From assembly GCF_004010195.1 (NCBI RefSeq), contig NC_057720.1, forward strand, positions 37,048,425 through 37,068,424: a stretch of DNA of 20,000 nt, written 5' to 3'. This document shows positions 1-10,189 of the stretch, in pieces (position 1 is the stretch's first letter; each line of letters begins with the position of its first letter). The translations under genes were made by a program, and so were the position numbers. This stretch comes from Chiloscyllium plagiosum. Lineage: Eukaryota. The notes beneath the pieces were generated by a model that had not been told where the DNA came from, made no database searches, and saw nothing but the letters and a program-made list of their open reading frames with translations.

Positions 1-1360
1 ACCTATAGCAATTCTTATCCTTCTATCATACTGAAACAGTCTAGCTGAACATTTCATATGTACAATCATATCAATGACCATCATGTGTTGAGCAAAAAAA
101 CAAGATTTTCACATTGCTTTGCTGCATTTTGTGCAACATTAATGGAGAAGGGATTTCCATTCCCAGCACAAACAGAATTTAAGACCGTTACTTGAATGGG
201 CAAAGAACCAAATACCTGTTTCAGGGATAAGATTCTATTTTTCCCTTTTGTAAAATGACGGACATCATACTTCAGGCTCATAGTGAATTTGAATGTCCAT
301 TTGGATGTCATATTGAGGCATGATGTCATAGTGGATGCTTGATTGTCCATTTTGTTCCTGAAAATTGGACAGGGTGCCATCATATTTCTAAACAAGCCAT
401 GCCTCAGAAATTGAATAGGTACAAAGCACTTATCAAATCCAACCAATACATTGAACCCCAGCTTAGTGCTATTAAATCTCAGACCATAAAAAGGTCTTTA
501 GGTCTTTGGGCTGCATCTTGTACAGTAGGCTTCAAAGCAAAATTCTGCTTTGAAGCATCAACTTGGTTCATTTCCAAACTTGATATCACTCCCCACAGAC
601 ATGAACTGTCTTTCTCTGGCCAAAATCACATTTTTGTTGGACCAAATCTCAGTTCTTTCATTGGTTTCTGCAAGTTCACAGACTTATACTGAGGAAGCAC
701 AGTGAACACAAAACCTTGCTTTGTTACCACTCAGTCACATTATTTAGGCATTTTACAACTGCATGCCAACAGGGATTTTAGTTACTGCTTATCAGATCTG
801 TACTTAAACTTTCATTTCTTAAGTGAAAATAAATTGTTTTTACACTATACTCTGATTTCACCGAAGAACTGGGGAGCTATTTCTACTCCCCTACTGTAAT
901 TGACATTATGAATGTTAAGTCTGCATTATGCAGTATTAACATGTTTGCAAACATTACAGTATATTTCACATGACGATACTAGAGCAGCAATTTCCTTCTT
1001 ATTGCTCAATTAATAAAGATGTTGAGTGTTATAAAGCATTAAATGTGGTGGAATGGTCAACTGTGTCAATGATGCTCCAAAAGGATTGGACCAAACTGAT
1101 CTTCTATAAAACCTGATAGTTGACACTATGTTCCATTGGCTGTAATGTATGTAAATAGGATAGACATAATAAGTTCATTTTCACAAAAATACCAAAACTA
1201 ATCTCTGAAAACAGCCTCACTGCACAAGGTGGTATGAACAGATTTGGGCAATGCTATCAATAAGACTAATTTAGAAACCATCTTTGTTGGAATACATGAA
1301 GCTAAGATAAGAGACTTCTTAAAGCCTACCTCTGACCAAACTCAGCTATCTAAATTACTA

Positions 1361-1584
1361 GGCGAAAGGGAGGATTGCAGATGCTAGAGATCAGAGTCAA
1401 GATTAGAGTGCTGCTGGAAAAGCATGTCAGGCAGCATCCGAGGAGTAGGAAAATCGACGTTTCGGGCAAAACCCCTTCATCAGAAATGGTTTCCCGATGA
1501 ATGGCTTTTGCCCGAAATGTCAATTTTCCTGCTCCTCGGATGCTGTCTGACCTGCTGTGCTTTTCCAGCACTACTCTAATCTTG
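1361..1584. mobile_element. Penelope-like non-autonomous palindromic insertion (inverted pLTR pair)
   Basis: Imperfect inverted arms ~1398-1486 and ~1490-1584, with a 37-nt unpaired left extension. Hammerhead-like core in each arm. Degenerate TSD tctaaattacta (1349-1360) / tcttaatttcta (1585-1596), 10/12 identical. Confidence 0.8.
1456..1483 (-). ncRNA. Minimal hammerhead ribozyme core (PLE-type), partly degenerate
   Basis: Minus strand reads CUGAUGA-A-GGGG UUUU GCCC-GAAA-CGUC: conserved CUGANGA and GAAA boxes, short stem II with one mismatch, GUC triplet. Confidence 0.6.
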
Positions 1585-1789
1585 TCTTAATTTCTACTTG
1601 CATGGCACAGCATCAAACTTTGCTTGATACTCAATTCTGCCTTGGGTTATTCTATCAGTTAAAGGGCTGATATAAATGCAAGTAGTTGTGAAACTTTGCC
1701 TGAAGCTTATTTTGCTGTTGTCTGGAGCTGCTGTCAGAATTTCTCTCTGCTGTTTATTGAATACTTGCAAATGTTTACTCACTGCCATA

Positions 1790-2222
1790 TTTGTGTTGTC
1801 TCATATTACCTCCACCTTTCTCCCACAAGCCTATGGAATGCAGACTGGTGCATACTGAGACACAAGTGATTTAGCAAACCCATCACTAAATCTGGCTGGA
1901 TTACATCAAACACTATCTGATCTTTTACTCCTTTACCACCTCTGCCCTCTCCTCAAGGATCATGTTGGAGAGGAAATAAATCTCCTAACATTTTTCTGTA
2001 TGAACAGTTATCCCTTTTAACTCATCTCTCCCTCATCTTCTCTTGCAGCCACTGTGAGAAAATCATGATTTTCTTCATCTCTAAGAATCAGGCTATCCAT
2101 TTGGTTGGCTCTGTTTCTTCACTCTTCCCAATCCTACCAACCTATCCTCCCAATAGTCTGACCTCATTATAGTCAGAAATCATACATTTTCCAGTTTCGT
2201 TTCAATCTCTCCATATGCTTCC
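1790..2222 (+). mobile_element. Old L2-clade LINE ORF2 internal fragment
   Basis: Degenerate peptides such as IWLDYIKHY (atctggctggattacatcaaacactat) and CEKIMIFFISK (tgtgagaaaatcatgattttcttcatctctaag) resemble the L2 region between endonuclease and RT. Pyrimidine-rich composition. Confidence 0.5.
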
Positions 2223-2224
2223 CT

Positions 2225-2505
2225 TAGATTCTTAGTCATAGAGGTGCACAGCATGGATAAGAAGGCCCTTCAGCCCATCAGGTCTATACCAGTCAAAAGT
2301 AACCACCTATTTTAGTTCCATTTTCCAACTCATGACTTATAGCCATGCATACCTTGACATCACAAATGCACATTTAAATACTTCTTAAAAGTTATGGAAG
2401 TTTCCGCTTTTAACACCCTGATAAGCAGTGAGTTTTAGATTCTCACTTCCCGATAGGTAAAACATTTTTCTTCACATCCCATCTAAAATTCCTGTCTTGT
2501 CCAGG
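2225..2505 (-). mobile_element. CR1 LINE 3' fragment
   Basis: agtcatagag...cacagcatgg...aaggcccttcagcccatc is the reverse complement of the CR1 3' UTR/tail also seen at 3487-3540 and 17950-18006. Confidence 0.75.
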
Positions 2506-2699
2506 AGACCCATTTTATTCTCACTATGTTTGTCTATCTGACGTCCTTCTGTCCCCTGCAAACTGCCTTTGGAACTACATTTTTGGTGATGTTCCACACG
2601 CTATGAGAAACCTTCTGCAAACTGTTGGAAGTCTCTGAGCCAGAGAACTTAAAATAATTTGACTAATGATTTTACAGTTGAAGACCTTCGCAGCAATTT

Positions 2700-4315
2700 T
2701 GTTTTTTCTCTTCTCCCTCATTGGCTGCTCCTCAATTCAGGAATGACACCTGCTCAGGTTATGAGTTTGTGCTGTGAATCTTCATTTGCCTGAACATACC
2801 AATTCTTGACCCAGAGATCTTTGGGCACTTGGGGCAGGTTCTCTCATGAGTTAGTGGGATATGGAGTGCAGATTTTATTTCCGTTTCTTTCCTTTTCTGT
2901 CTTCATTCTGCCCCATCATTAAGGCATTTTAAGATCAAAACATGATAAAGCTTGATGGACGAGTTGCACAATGGATAACAAGGTCTACCAGTTATTTTTG
3001 TCCCTGCTGCTGCACTTCGAGGACAATTTTAAGAGTGTCTTTGTAGCATTTTCTTTGTCTTGAACTAGAATACTGGATCCTTAAAAGTTAAGAAGACAGG
3101 ACTTGGAGGGAGACATAATTTTCAATCATCCTGACACACTTTGCAGTTCATCATGATTGGCTTTGCAATACTTTTGCATGAGAGTTTGTAGAGTTGCCTT
3201 CAAAAAGGCATTTTGTTTATTTGCATTTGTTTTTTGTTTAACATTCTTTCTATCGAATTTAGACAATGTGGCAGAGGCACTGCTGATGAAAGATCTCCAC
3301 TGCTCTTATGTGTTGCAGATGCGCAGTCCAATCTCACTGTAGTACAGGAGTGTGGTGATGAAAACCTCTCTGTACTCTTGGACTTTTGTTCACTCGCAGA
3401 GGTCTTTGTCCACTCATTGCTGTAGTCTGTAGAGGAATGATCTGGGACAACTGATCTGGTGTTTGATCACTGTCTCAATGGTACTTATAGAGTCATAGAG
3501 TTGTACAGGGCAGAAGCAGACCCTTTGTTCCAACTCTTCCTCAGCAACCAGATATCCTAAACTGATCTAGTCCCATTTGCCAGCATTTAGCCCAAATTCC
3601 TCTGAAATCCTTCTTAATCATGTACCTATCCAGATGCCTTTTAAATGTTGTAATTGTACCCGCCTCCACCACCTCCTCTGGCAGCTTATTCCATACACCC
3701 ACCACCCTGTGTGTGAAAATGTTGCCTCTTGGGTCCTTCTTAAATCTTTCCCTTCTCATCTTAAATCTATGCCCTTTAGTTTTGGACTCTCCTGCCCTGG
3801 GAAAAAGGCCTTGGCTATTCACTCTATCCATGCCCCTCAGTCTCCACCTATCCAGGGAAAAAAAGCCCCTGGCTATTTATCCTCTCCCTATAACTCAAAC
3901 CCTCCCATCCCAGCAACATCCTTGTAATTTTTTCTGAACCCTTTCAAGTTTAGCAACATTCTTCCTACAGCAGGGACACTTTGAAAATGGTGATTATCAA
4001 GGTCTGGGGAGTGGTCAACATACTCTAGACTCTCTTGCAACATATGTGGGAGATGAAATATTTGATTGACCAGGCCTGAGTTGCCTATGAGTTTTGTCAT
4101 GGCAACATTCAAGGGCAGGATAAGTTTCTTGTGTGCAGAATTGAAGAGGTTGAAAGCACATTGAAAATTTGGTGCAGAGTCAGCAACGAGACTACAGTCA
4201 ACCATCCATTGAAGGCCATGTGTATCTATGCTGCTCACTTCAGTTTTGGTATGGCAATGATGGAGGTTCAAGAGTTTTCCATCTAGGTAGTACTTAATAC
4301 TTACACCAGAGGCCA
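2700..4315 (-). mobile_element. RTE-clade LINE, 5'-truncated and decayed (RT C-half, C-terminal C2H2-like motif, 3' UTR), interrupted by CR1 at 3487-3977
   Basis: Minus-strand peptides in RTE order: GVSIKYYLDGKLLNL..KTEVS..(VD)CSLVADS (decayed YADD region); LEYVDH; TKVQEYREVFITTLLY; GQRKCYKDTLK; TCPKCPKISGSRIGMFRQMKIH, with the stop near 2759. Many stops and frameshifts. Confidence 0.8.
3487..3977 (-). mobile_element. CR1 LINE 3' fragment inserted in the RTE
   Basis: ORF 3541-3831 (SKTKGHRFKMR..FTHRVVGVWNKLPEEVVEAGTITTFKRHLDRY) is a CR1 ORF2 C-terminus. Tail ctctatgactctat on the minus strand. Flanking actt at 3483-3486 and 3978-3981. Confidence 0.9.
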
Positions 4316-4329
4316 GTCAATCTTTGCGG

Positions 4330-4890
4330 CAAATAGCCACTGTCAGATACCTTGCAGAACTCGGGAACAGAGAAGATTCATTAAATATATTAAACCTCCC
4401 TTGGATTATCCGAATACCCAAAGATAACCAAACATTCATCCCTGGTGCCATTTTGACACCTGACAATGGAACTTGTTCGGCCAGTGAGCAGGTCAGCACT
4501 CATGAATGAAAAAATCCTAGAATCTTTTCCAGCTATTGCTTTGTCTCCTTGACTTCACTTGGCCTTTCTATAACTGCTATCGAGTACACTACTTCAGCTC
4601 TGGCCAAATCATTTTCCAGGAATAAGTCAACCACAGGTAAACAGTTGATGACACCTATTGTTTCTGTTCTAGATATTAGACCACAGTCTGGGGATATCTG
4701 ATACAAACGTGTGGGTATATGTATTAACCCGCTAATATCTTTCACTAAATCCCTGGCATACAGTGTGTACTCCAATGGGAAAGTCATGCATTTCCTCAAC
4801 AAAAGACTTTGATTGGCTCCTGCATTCCTAAATACAATTCGAGGTTTAGCTGACTTATGGAGTTACTTTCCCTTGCGACAAAAATCTAGC
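4330..4890 (-). mobile_element. Decayed Ty3/Gypsy LTR-retrotransposon aspartic protease region (probably Gmr1-like)
   Basis: One frame with few stops: KPRIVFRNAGANQSLLL (decayed LRDTGA active site) ... IGVINCLPVVDLFLENDLARAEVV (cf. VDLLLGNDLAG) ... ERPSEVKETKQ*LEKILGFFHS*VLTCS (cf. FPSCVVTRS). ORFs 4533-4802 and 4317-4499 are in the same frame. Confidence 0.7.
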
Positions 4891-5533
4891 AGTTATGTAC
4901 AAAAATTTTTTACTTAGCTGAAACCATCTGATTTCCAACATGTCACTTTGAAAAAATGTGTTTCAATGTCTGTGAAACATTTCAGATACCTTCACAATGC
5001 TTCAAATTAATCACTGTCCACATCCTTTTAACATGCATTCTCGAAGATATTAATAATGAAGCATCTTCACAAAAGTTGGGTATAGACAAATGATGATGGC
5101 TGGAAGTGTATCAAGGATTGTTGATGGAGTTTAACCATTTGTTCCAGGTTTAGTAGGAAGAATTGCAGTCCAGTAACTGATCTACCCAATCCATGCTGCA
5201 TTAGTGAGTCAGACTAGTTGGGTAGCAAACAGCAGAGCTTGGGAAAATTGATGACCTGCCTCATTTAGATGTTCAATAATTTCACAACAAGGTGAGGTGG
5301 TTCTGAACTCATGTTAAAAAAGAAAAGAAAATGCAAAATAGTGTGTTTTGTGTGTAGAAAAAATGATTACATCGATACAGAAACATGCAAATATGTACTG
5401 TCAGAATATTTTAAAAATTAAATGGAAACTGTAGCTAAGAATAATTAAAATCCTATTGCTTAAAGTCTGTGAGAAGATTTGTACTCAGGTGCTTGTTATT
5501 GTGGTTCTGTTCGCCGAGCTGGGAATTTGTGTT

Positions 5534-5573
5534 GCAGACGTTTCGTCCCCTGTCTAGGTGACATCCTCAGTGC
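5534..5573 (-). ncRNA. Type I minimal hammerhead ribozyme in the Penelope pLTR (minus-strand copy)
   Basis: Reverse complement is identical to 6016-6055: GCA-CUGAGGA-U-GUCACCU AGAC AGGGGAC-GAAA-CGUC-UGC. Confidence 0.75.
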
Positions 5574-6015
5574 TTGGGAGCCTCCTGTGAAGCACTTCTG
5601 TGATCTTTCCTCCGGCATTTGTAGTGGTTTGAATCTGCCGCTTCCGGTTGTCAGTTCCAGCTGTCCGCTGCAGTGGTCGGTATATTGGGTCCAGGTCGAT
5701 GTGTTATTGATTGAATCTGTGGATGAATGCCATGCCTCTAGGAATTCCCTGGCTGTTCTCTGTTTGGCTTGTCCTATAATAGTAGTGTTGTCCCAGTCGA
5801 ATTCATGTTGCTTTTCAAGTGCGTGTGTGGCTGCTAAGGATAGCTGGTCATGTCGTTTCGTGAATCCACAGATTCAATCAATAAGCACATCGACCTGAAC
5901 CCAATATACCGGCCACTGCAGCAGACATCTGGAACTGACAACCGGAAGCGGCAGATTCAAACCACTACAAATGCCGGAGGAAAGATCACAGAAGCGCTTC
6001 ACAGGAGACTCCCAA

Positions 6016-6055
6016 GCACTGAGGATGTCACCTAGACAGGGGACGAAACGTCTGC
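6016..6055 (+). ncRNA. Type I minimal hammerhead ribozyme in the Penelope pLTR (plus-strand copy)
   Basis: ctgagga 6019-6025; stem II gtcacct/aggggac with loop agac; gaaa 6045-6048; palindromic acgt stem III; GUC site ending at 6052; stem I gca/tgc. Confidence 0.75.
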
Positions 6056-6814
6056 AACACAAATTTCCAGCTCGGCGAACAGAACCACAACCTATTGCTT
6101 AAATTATACTTTATGAAACCAAGAAGTGAAATAGCATTTGTTCTAGCCTGTAATTCAAGTCACATTTAACTTTCATTAATGGTTACATAGGGTTGAAATC
6201 TATGAAAAATGAAAATAATTAATTTTCTAATTCAACAGTCTTCTAAAACTGGACTGGAACTGTTTTCTGAGTTCAATTCAAAATTAAATCCTATATGGAT
6301 TCTAGCTACAAAACGTTTTCAGACCTAAGTTATGATTTCCAATCTTAGATTGGCATTTCAACTATGTTTTGAATTTTACCCAAGTTTCTGATATGATCCA
6401 AATACTCAACTGGAGCTGTTTACATGAGCAATAGATTCAAACTGCCAAATGTGATTAAGTTGAAAATGGTCATGTCTAGTATCTCCAGCTGTAACCCACT
6501 CTGATTCTAGTAAGCCGTTATTCTTGGAATGGAACATCTTGAAACAGATTAAACAGAGTTGAACTAATTTTGTTTAGTTGGACTTGTGCAAACAGAAGAG
6601 AATAGCAGGGAAAGGACAACATTTTTCGGCACTGTGTTTCCATCCAACCATATAAATTTGATCAAGAGCAACTAATTAATTATTAAGATAATGCTTATCC
6701 TTAAGTAGGATTTCAGGATTTAAAAATAGCTACATTTATTGAGCATTTGAAAGAGAATCATTGAATCTCAGAACCCAGAGAGCTCTACCACAAGCTACTA
6801 CTAAAAAAAAATCT

Positions 6815-7300
6815 CTTAGACATTCCATGAATTCTTTTCTTGGGATCCACTATCATCCTGATTTTTCCAGTTCATCTGCATATTGGAGTCCCCCATGATT
6901 ATTATCATAGAAAAGGTGTATAGGAAAGGCACTATCTTCTGATTTATTTTCTTCCCTACGTCCTGACTACTACTAAGAGGCCTGTACACAATTCCCATCT
7001 GGGTCTTTTTTCCTTTTACGGTTCCTCACTCTACTCATACAGATTCAATGCCTTCTGAAGCTATATTGCTTCTTGCTAACAATTTCATTTCATTTCTTAC
7101 TAACAAGGTAACCCCATCCCCTTTGCCCATCAGTGTGTCCTTTTCATAGGGTACCTATCCCTGAATATTTACTTCCAAGTCCTGATTCCCTTGCAGCCAC
7201 ATCTTTATGATGCCAACAATATCATAACTGTCAACTTCAATCTGTGCTATAAGCTCATTTGCCTTGTTTCGTATGCGGCACACAGGTAAGTACAACATGA
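6815..7300 (-). mobile_element. CR1 LINE ORF2 AP-endonuclease fragment
   Basis: Minus-strand peptides IRNKANELIAQIEVDSYDIVGI..WLQG, GIVYRP and IIMGDSN resemble the APE at 14970-15707. Confidence 0.85.
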
Positions 7301-7675
7301 TTTCTTTACTCTAAAATGTGTTTTTAACCAAGATTACTAAACAGTTTATGAGATCTCAGTTTTAAGTATTGATTCAATTACAAGCTATGGTGTAAATCTA
7401 CTAATCCCACGATCCAGTATTATACCACATCTCCAAGCAATATCCACTTTGAGTATAGCATCCCACTAAATGGACACAACTTATTCCTATCTTTGAAACA
7501 AATGGAAATTTTTATGTATGCCTGAGTAGCCCCATAATCTACACACACTCAATTATCATATATAGATATGCATAAGGCATAATTGAAAAATTAACATTTG
7601 CTAAACCAATGAAGAATCTTTAATGTTAGTTAAAATGCTGGAATACAGTAGATTGTGTGTGTTTTATGCAAACAA

Positions 7676-7974
7676 CGGCATGGTGGCTTAGTGGTTAGCA
7701 CTGCTGCCTCACAGCACCAGGGACCCGGGTTCGATTCCAGCCTCGGGTGACTGTCTGTGTGGAGTTTGCATATTCTCCCCGTGACTGCGTGGGTTTCCTC
7801 CAGTTTCCTCCCAAAGTCCAAAGATGTGCAGGTCAGGTGAATTAGCCATGCTAAATTGTCCATAGTGTTAGGTACATTAGTCAGAGGGGAATGGGACTGG
7901 GTGGGCTACTGTTCAGAGGGTCTGTGTGGACGTTTTGGGCCAAAGGGCCTGTTTCCACACTGTAAGTAATCTAA
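7676..7974 (+). mobile_element. tRNA-derived SINE, HE1/V-SINE family
   Basis: A box tggcttagtgg (7684-7694), B box ggttcgattcc (7728-7738), V-domain (tgtgtggagtttgca..ttctcccc..gggtttcctcc..tccaaagatgtgc) and CR1-like tail gggccaaagggcctgtttccacactgtaa. Confidence 0.9.
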
Positions 7975-9244
7975 ACTGGGCACGCTACAATAGATACAAT
8001 GTAGATTTTATTGTATTTACTGGTTTTCAATAAAATAATCTTATGAGAGCAAAGACAACGTTTTCATTTCAGAATTTGTAAAACATTGCAGAAAATCTGT
8101 TTCTGATATATAGCATTACTTGTCCCCAGCCTTCAAAGGCATTCAATGTCATCTCGAATTATTGCAGTTCCAGAGAGGACACTGTCGCTGTGTTCAGTGT
8201 TGATCTATTCATCTTAAGCAGTTAATTTAACTCCAACCCAGTTCCTTGTGTGTAACTAAAGAATACTTTGATAGACCATGTACACTGATTGACTGCAAAA
8301 TGGTAATAAACCTATTCATGCAATGATGTAACAATATAGCAGTGAAGTGATTGAAACAATAAGTGATCGTGCCATGCTTGGCAAAACCCAAGACACTTTG
8401 TTGAGAATTTGCATCAAAAGCACATTCCATGTTTTCTTGTTTCAACTTACAATTTTAATTAATTACAATGGTTGCTCCCTTGTTCCCTCCGCACCTCAAA
8501 TGTTTTGACATGGTGTAGTGAAAGTTATTTAAATTGTGATGTTAGTAATGGTAGAACTTGGCCTGCAACATATCATTGTACAGTTTTCATCAGTCCCTTA
8601 GCTATACATAATAAATACAGCTCAAATTTCACTCGGTATCACAGCATGCTTGAGATGTCTGCATCATATTACGTACAAAATAGCTACAAATTAATTTTAG
8701 ATTTATCATAATTACAAAAAACAACACAATTTATCAGAATTATTTGTTACAATACTGGGAACTATTTTTCTTCCTTTTAAACCCTTTGAGATGACTGCAC
8801 AGTGCCATTAGGAGTTTTCAGAAAAACAAACCTTTTTGTATACCAGTCAGATTAAACATGACCTCTGTAATTTCCAATATTAAGCACTATTTTACTGAAA
8901 ATCCATCTTTATATTCAATATTTATAAAAGAAAGTTTTTTTATAACTTTGCATTTATGTTTGTTACTTAATTCATTTGTGAGCTCTTCTACTTTGTTCCA
9001 AAATTAGTGAGTTTATCCTCCAGCTTTCCAATTAAATCAATGCCTCAAGCTGAGATAATTTCTAGTAATATGAGTTAAAATAACACATCTTGGAGTAAGA
9101 CCAGAGGTAACATCCATTGACATCACTTAACTGTGTAATTGGACCTCATTCCCAAAGGAAGTATGTTACTTGATAATGAAAATAGAGCCTTGAAGTAGCA
9201 CTAGATTACAAAGAAAGAGTTCAATTTAAATTAACATATTCAAG

Positions 9245-9740
9245 GACTTAAGAAATAGGAGCAGGAGAAGAACTTGCGGCCTAAAGAGCCTGCTCCACAT
9301 TCAGTGTGATCATGGGTCAACCTAGATTTCAATTCTTTTTTCCTGTTTTGCCCAGTTCCCATAACCCTTAATTAAGAGACAGATTGAAAATCTGTCTGTT
9401 TTAGCCATAAAATATGGTTTATTGGTGGCTCATTTACAACAACTTTGGCTGAGAATTCCAAGGATTCACAATCCTCTAGTGAATGAATTTCTCCTTTCTT
9501 CTGTTCTAAATGATCAAACCTTTATTGTAAAACTGTGTCCCTTTGTTCCACGTTCCTCAGGCATGGAAAACAACATCTCAATAACTAGCTTGGCAGACTC
9601 CTTCATAATCTTAGATAGTTCAATGCGATAACCTCTCATTCCTTTTAGTCCAAAGAATATCGACCCAGTTACTCAGCATCTCCTCAGAGGTCAACCTTCT
9701 CATTGCATGGACCAAGCCACTGAACCTTTTGGCTCCAAAT
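9245..9740 (-). mobile_element. Old CR1 LINE 3' fragment
   Basis: taagaaataggagcaggag...gagcctgctcc..cattcagtgtgatcatgg is the reverse complement of the CR1 3' end at 11900-11965, followed by degenerate ORF2 C-terminal sequence. Confidence 0.75.
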
Positions 9741-9833
9741 GCAATTACAATAACAATACAATAAAATCTGTGTAAACCAGCATGTGCTTGGATCAGGTAA
9801 ATCCAAAATGCTGGTTAACTGATTGCAGTTCAT

Positions 9834-10055
9834 TGAGGAGAAAGTGAGGTCTGCAGATGCTGGAGATCAGAGCTGAAAATGTGTTGCTGGAAAAGCGCAG
9901 CAGGTCAGACAGCATCCAGGGAACAGGAGAATCGACGTTTCGGGCATAAGCCCTTCTTCAGGAAGAAGGGCTTATGCCCGAAACATCGATTCTCCTGTTC
10001 CCTGGATGCTGCCTGACCTGTTGCGCTTTTCCAGCAACACATTTTCAGCTCTGAT
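9834..10055. mobile_element. Young Penelope-like non-autonomous palindromic insertion
   Basis: Near-perfect 94-bp inverted arms 9866-9959 and 9962-10055 (3 mismatches, 2-nt centre). Unpaired left extension of 32-37 nt. Direct repeat ctgattgcagttcat at 9819-9833 and 10051-10065. Same family as 1361-1584. Confidence 0.9.
9934..9961 (-). ncRNA. Minimal hammerhead ribozyme core (PLE-type)
   Basis: Minus strand reads CUGAAGA-A-GGGC UUAU GCCC-GAAA-CGUC, with an intact core and perfect 4-bp stem II. Stem I is weak because the 5' side ends at the inversion point. Confidence 0.7.
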
Positions 10056-10189
10056 TGCAGTTCATGGCAATAGTAGGAATTGAATGAAAATTAGCTGTTA
10101 CATATACTTCATCTTGCAGAAGCATAGAGCCTCTGCACCTTTGATTGTTTCACTGAAAGCATTGAAGGAAAGTTCTTCAACCTGCAGTC

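Larger units (their letters stand above)
1305..1690 (+). mobile_element. L2-clade LINE 3' end (degenerate), split by a Penelope-derived palindrome at 1361-1584
   Basis: cttcttaaagcctacctctgaccaa resembles the L2 ORF2 C-terminal 'LLKTYLFDQ' segment. The tail ttaaagggctgatataaatgcaagtagttg (~1659-1688) resembles the L2 3' terminus. Recalled consensus, boundaries approximate. Confidence 0.5.
5465..6090 (-). mobile_element. Penelope-like retroelement, 5'-truncated, with inverted pLTR and GIY-YIG endonuclease C-terminal remnant
   Basis: Inverted arms 5499-5724 and 5864-6090, 139-bp spacer. Minus strand encodes KRHDQLSLAATHALEKQHEFDWDNTTIIGQAKQRTAREFLEAWH (PLE GIY-YIG C-terminus). 34-nt unpaired tail 5465-5498. 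Exact 13-bp TSD cctattgcttaaa at 5452-5464 and 6091-6103. Confidence 0.9.

Noticed and set aside
81..692. Overlapping ORFs 81-446 (-) and 339-692 (+) as possible host exons
   Set aside because: No recognisable domain in the frames I translated, non-ATG starts and no convincing splice-site pair.
4297..4307. atacttacacc resembling the U1 snRNA 5' end or a minus-strand splice donor
   Set aside because: No U1 body follows, and the sequence is explained as RTE codons G-V-S-I.
5184..5226. Short inverted repeat ctacccaa...ttgggtag
   Set aside because: Only 8 bp with a long unpaired spacer, compatible with chance.
5479..6062. ORFs 5479-5898 (+) and 5874-6062 (-) with near-identical peptides
   Set aside because: They are antisense readings of the Penelope inverted arms, not duplicated genes.
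7676..7745. tRNA gene
   Set aside because: The A/B boxes are a SINE head followed by a V-domain and LINE-derived tail. The same applies at 14365 and 18890.
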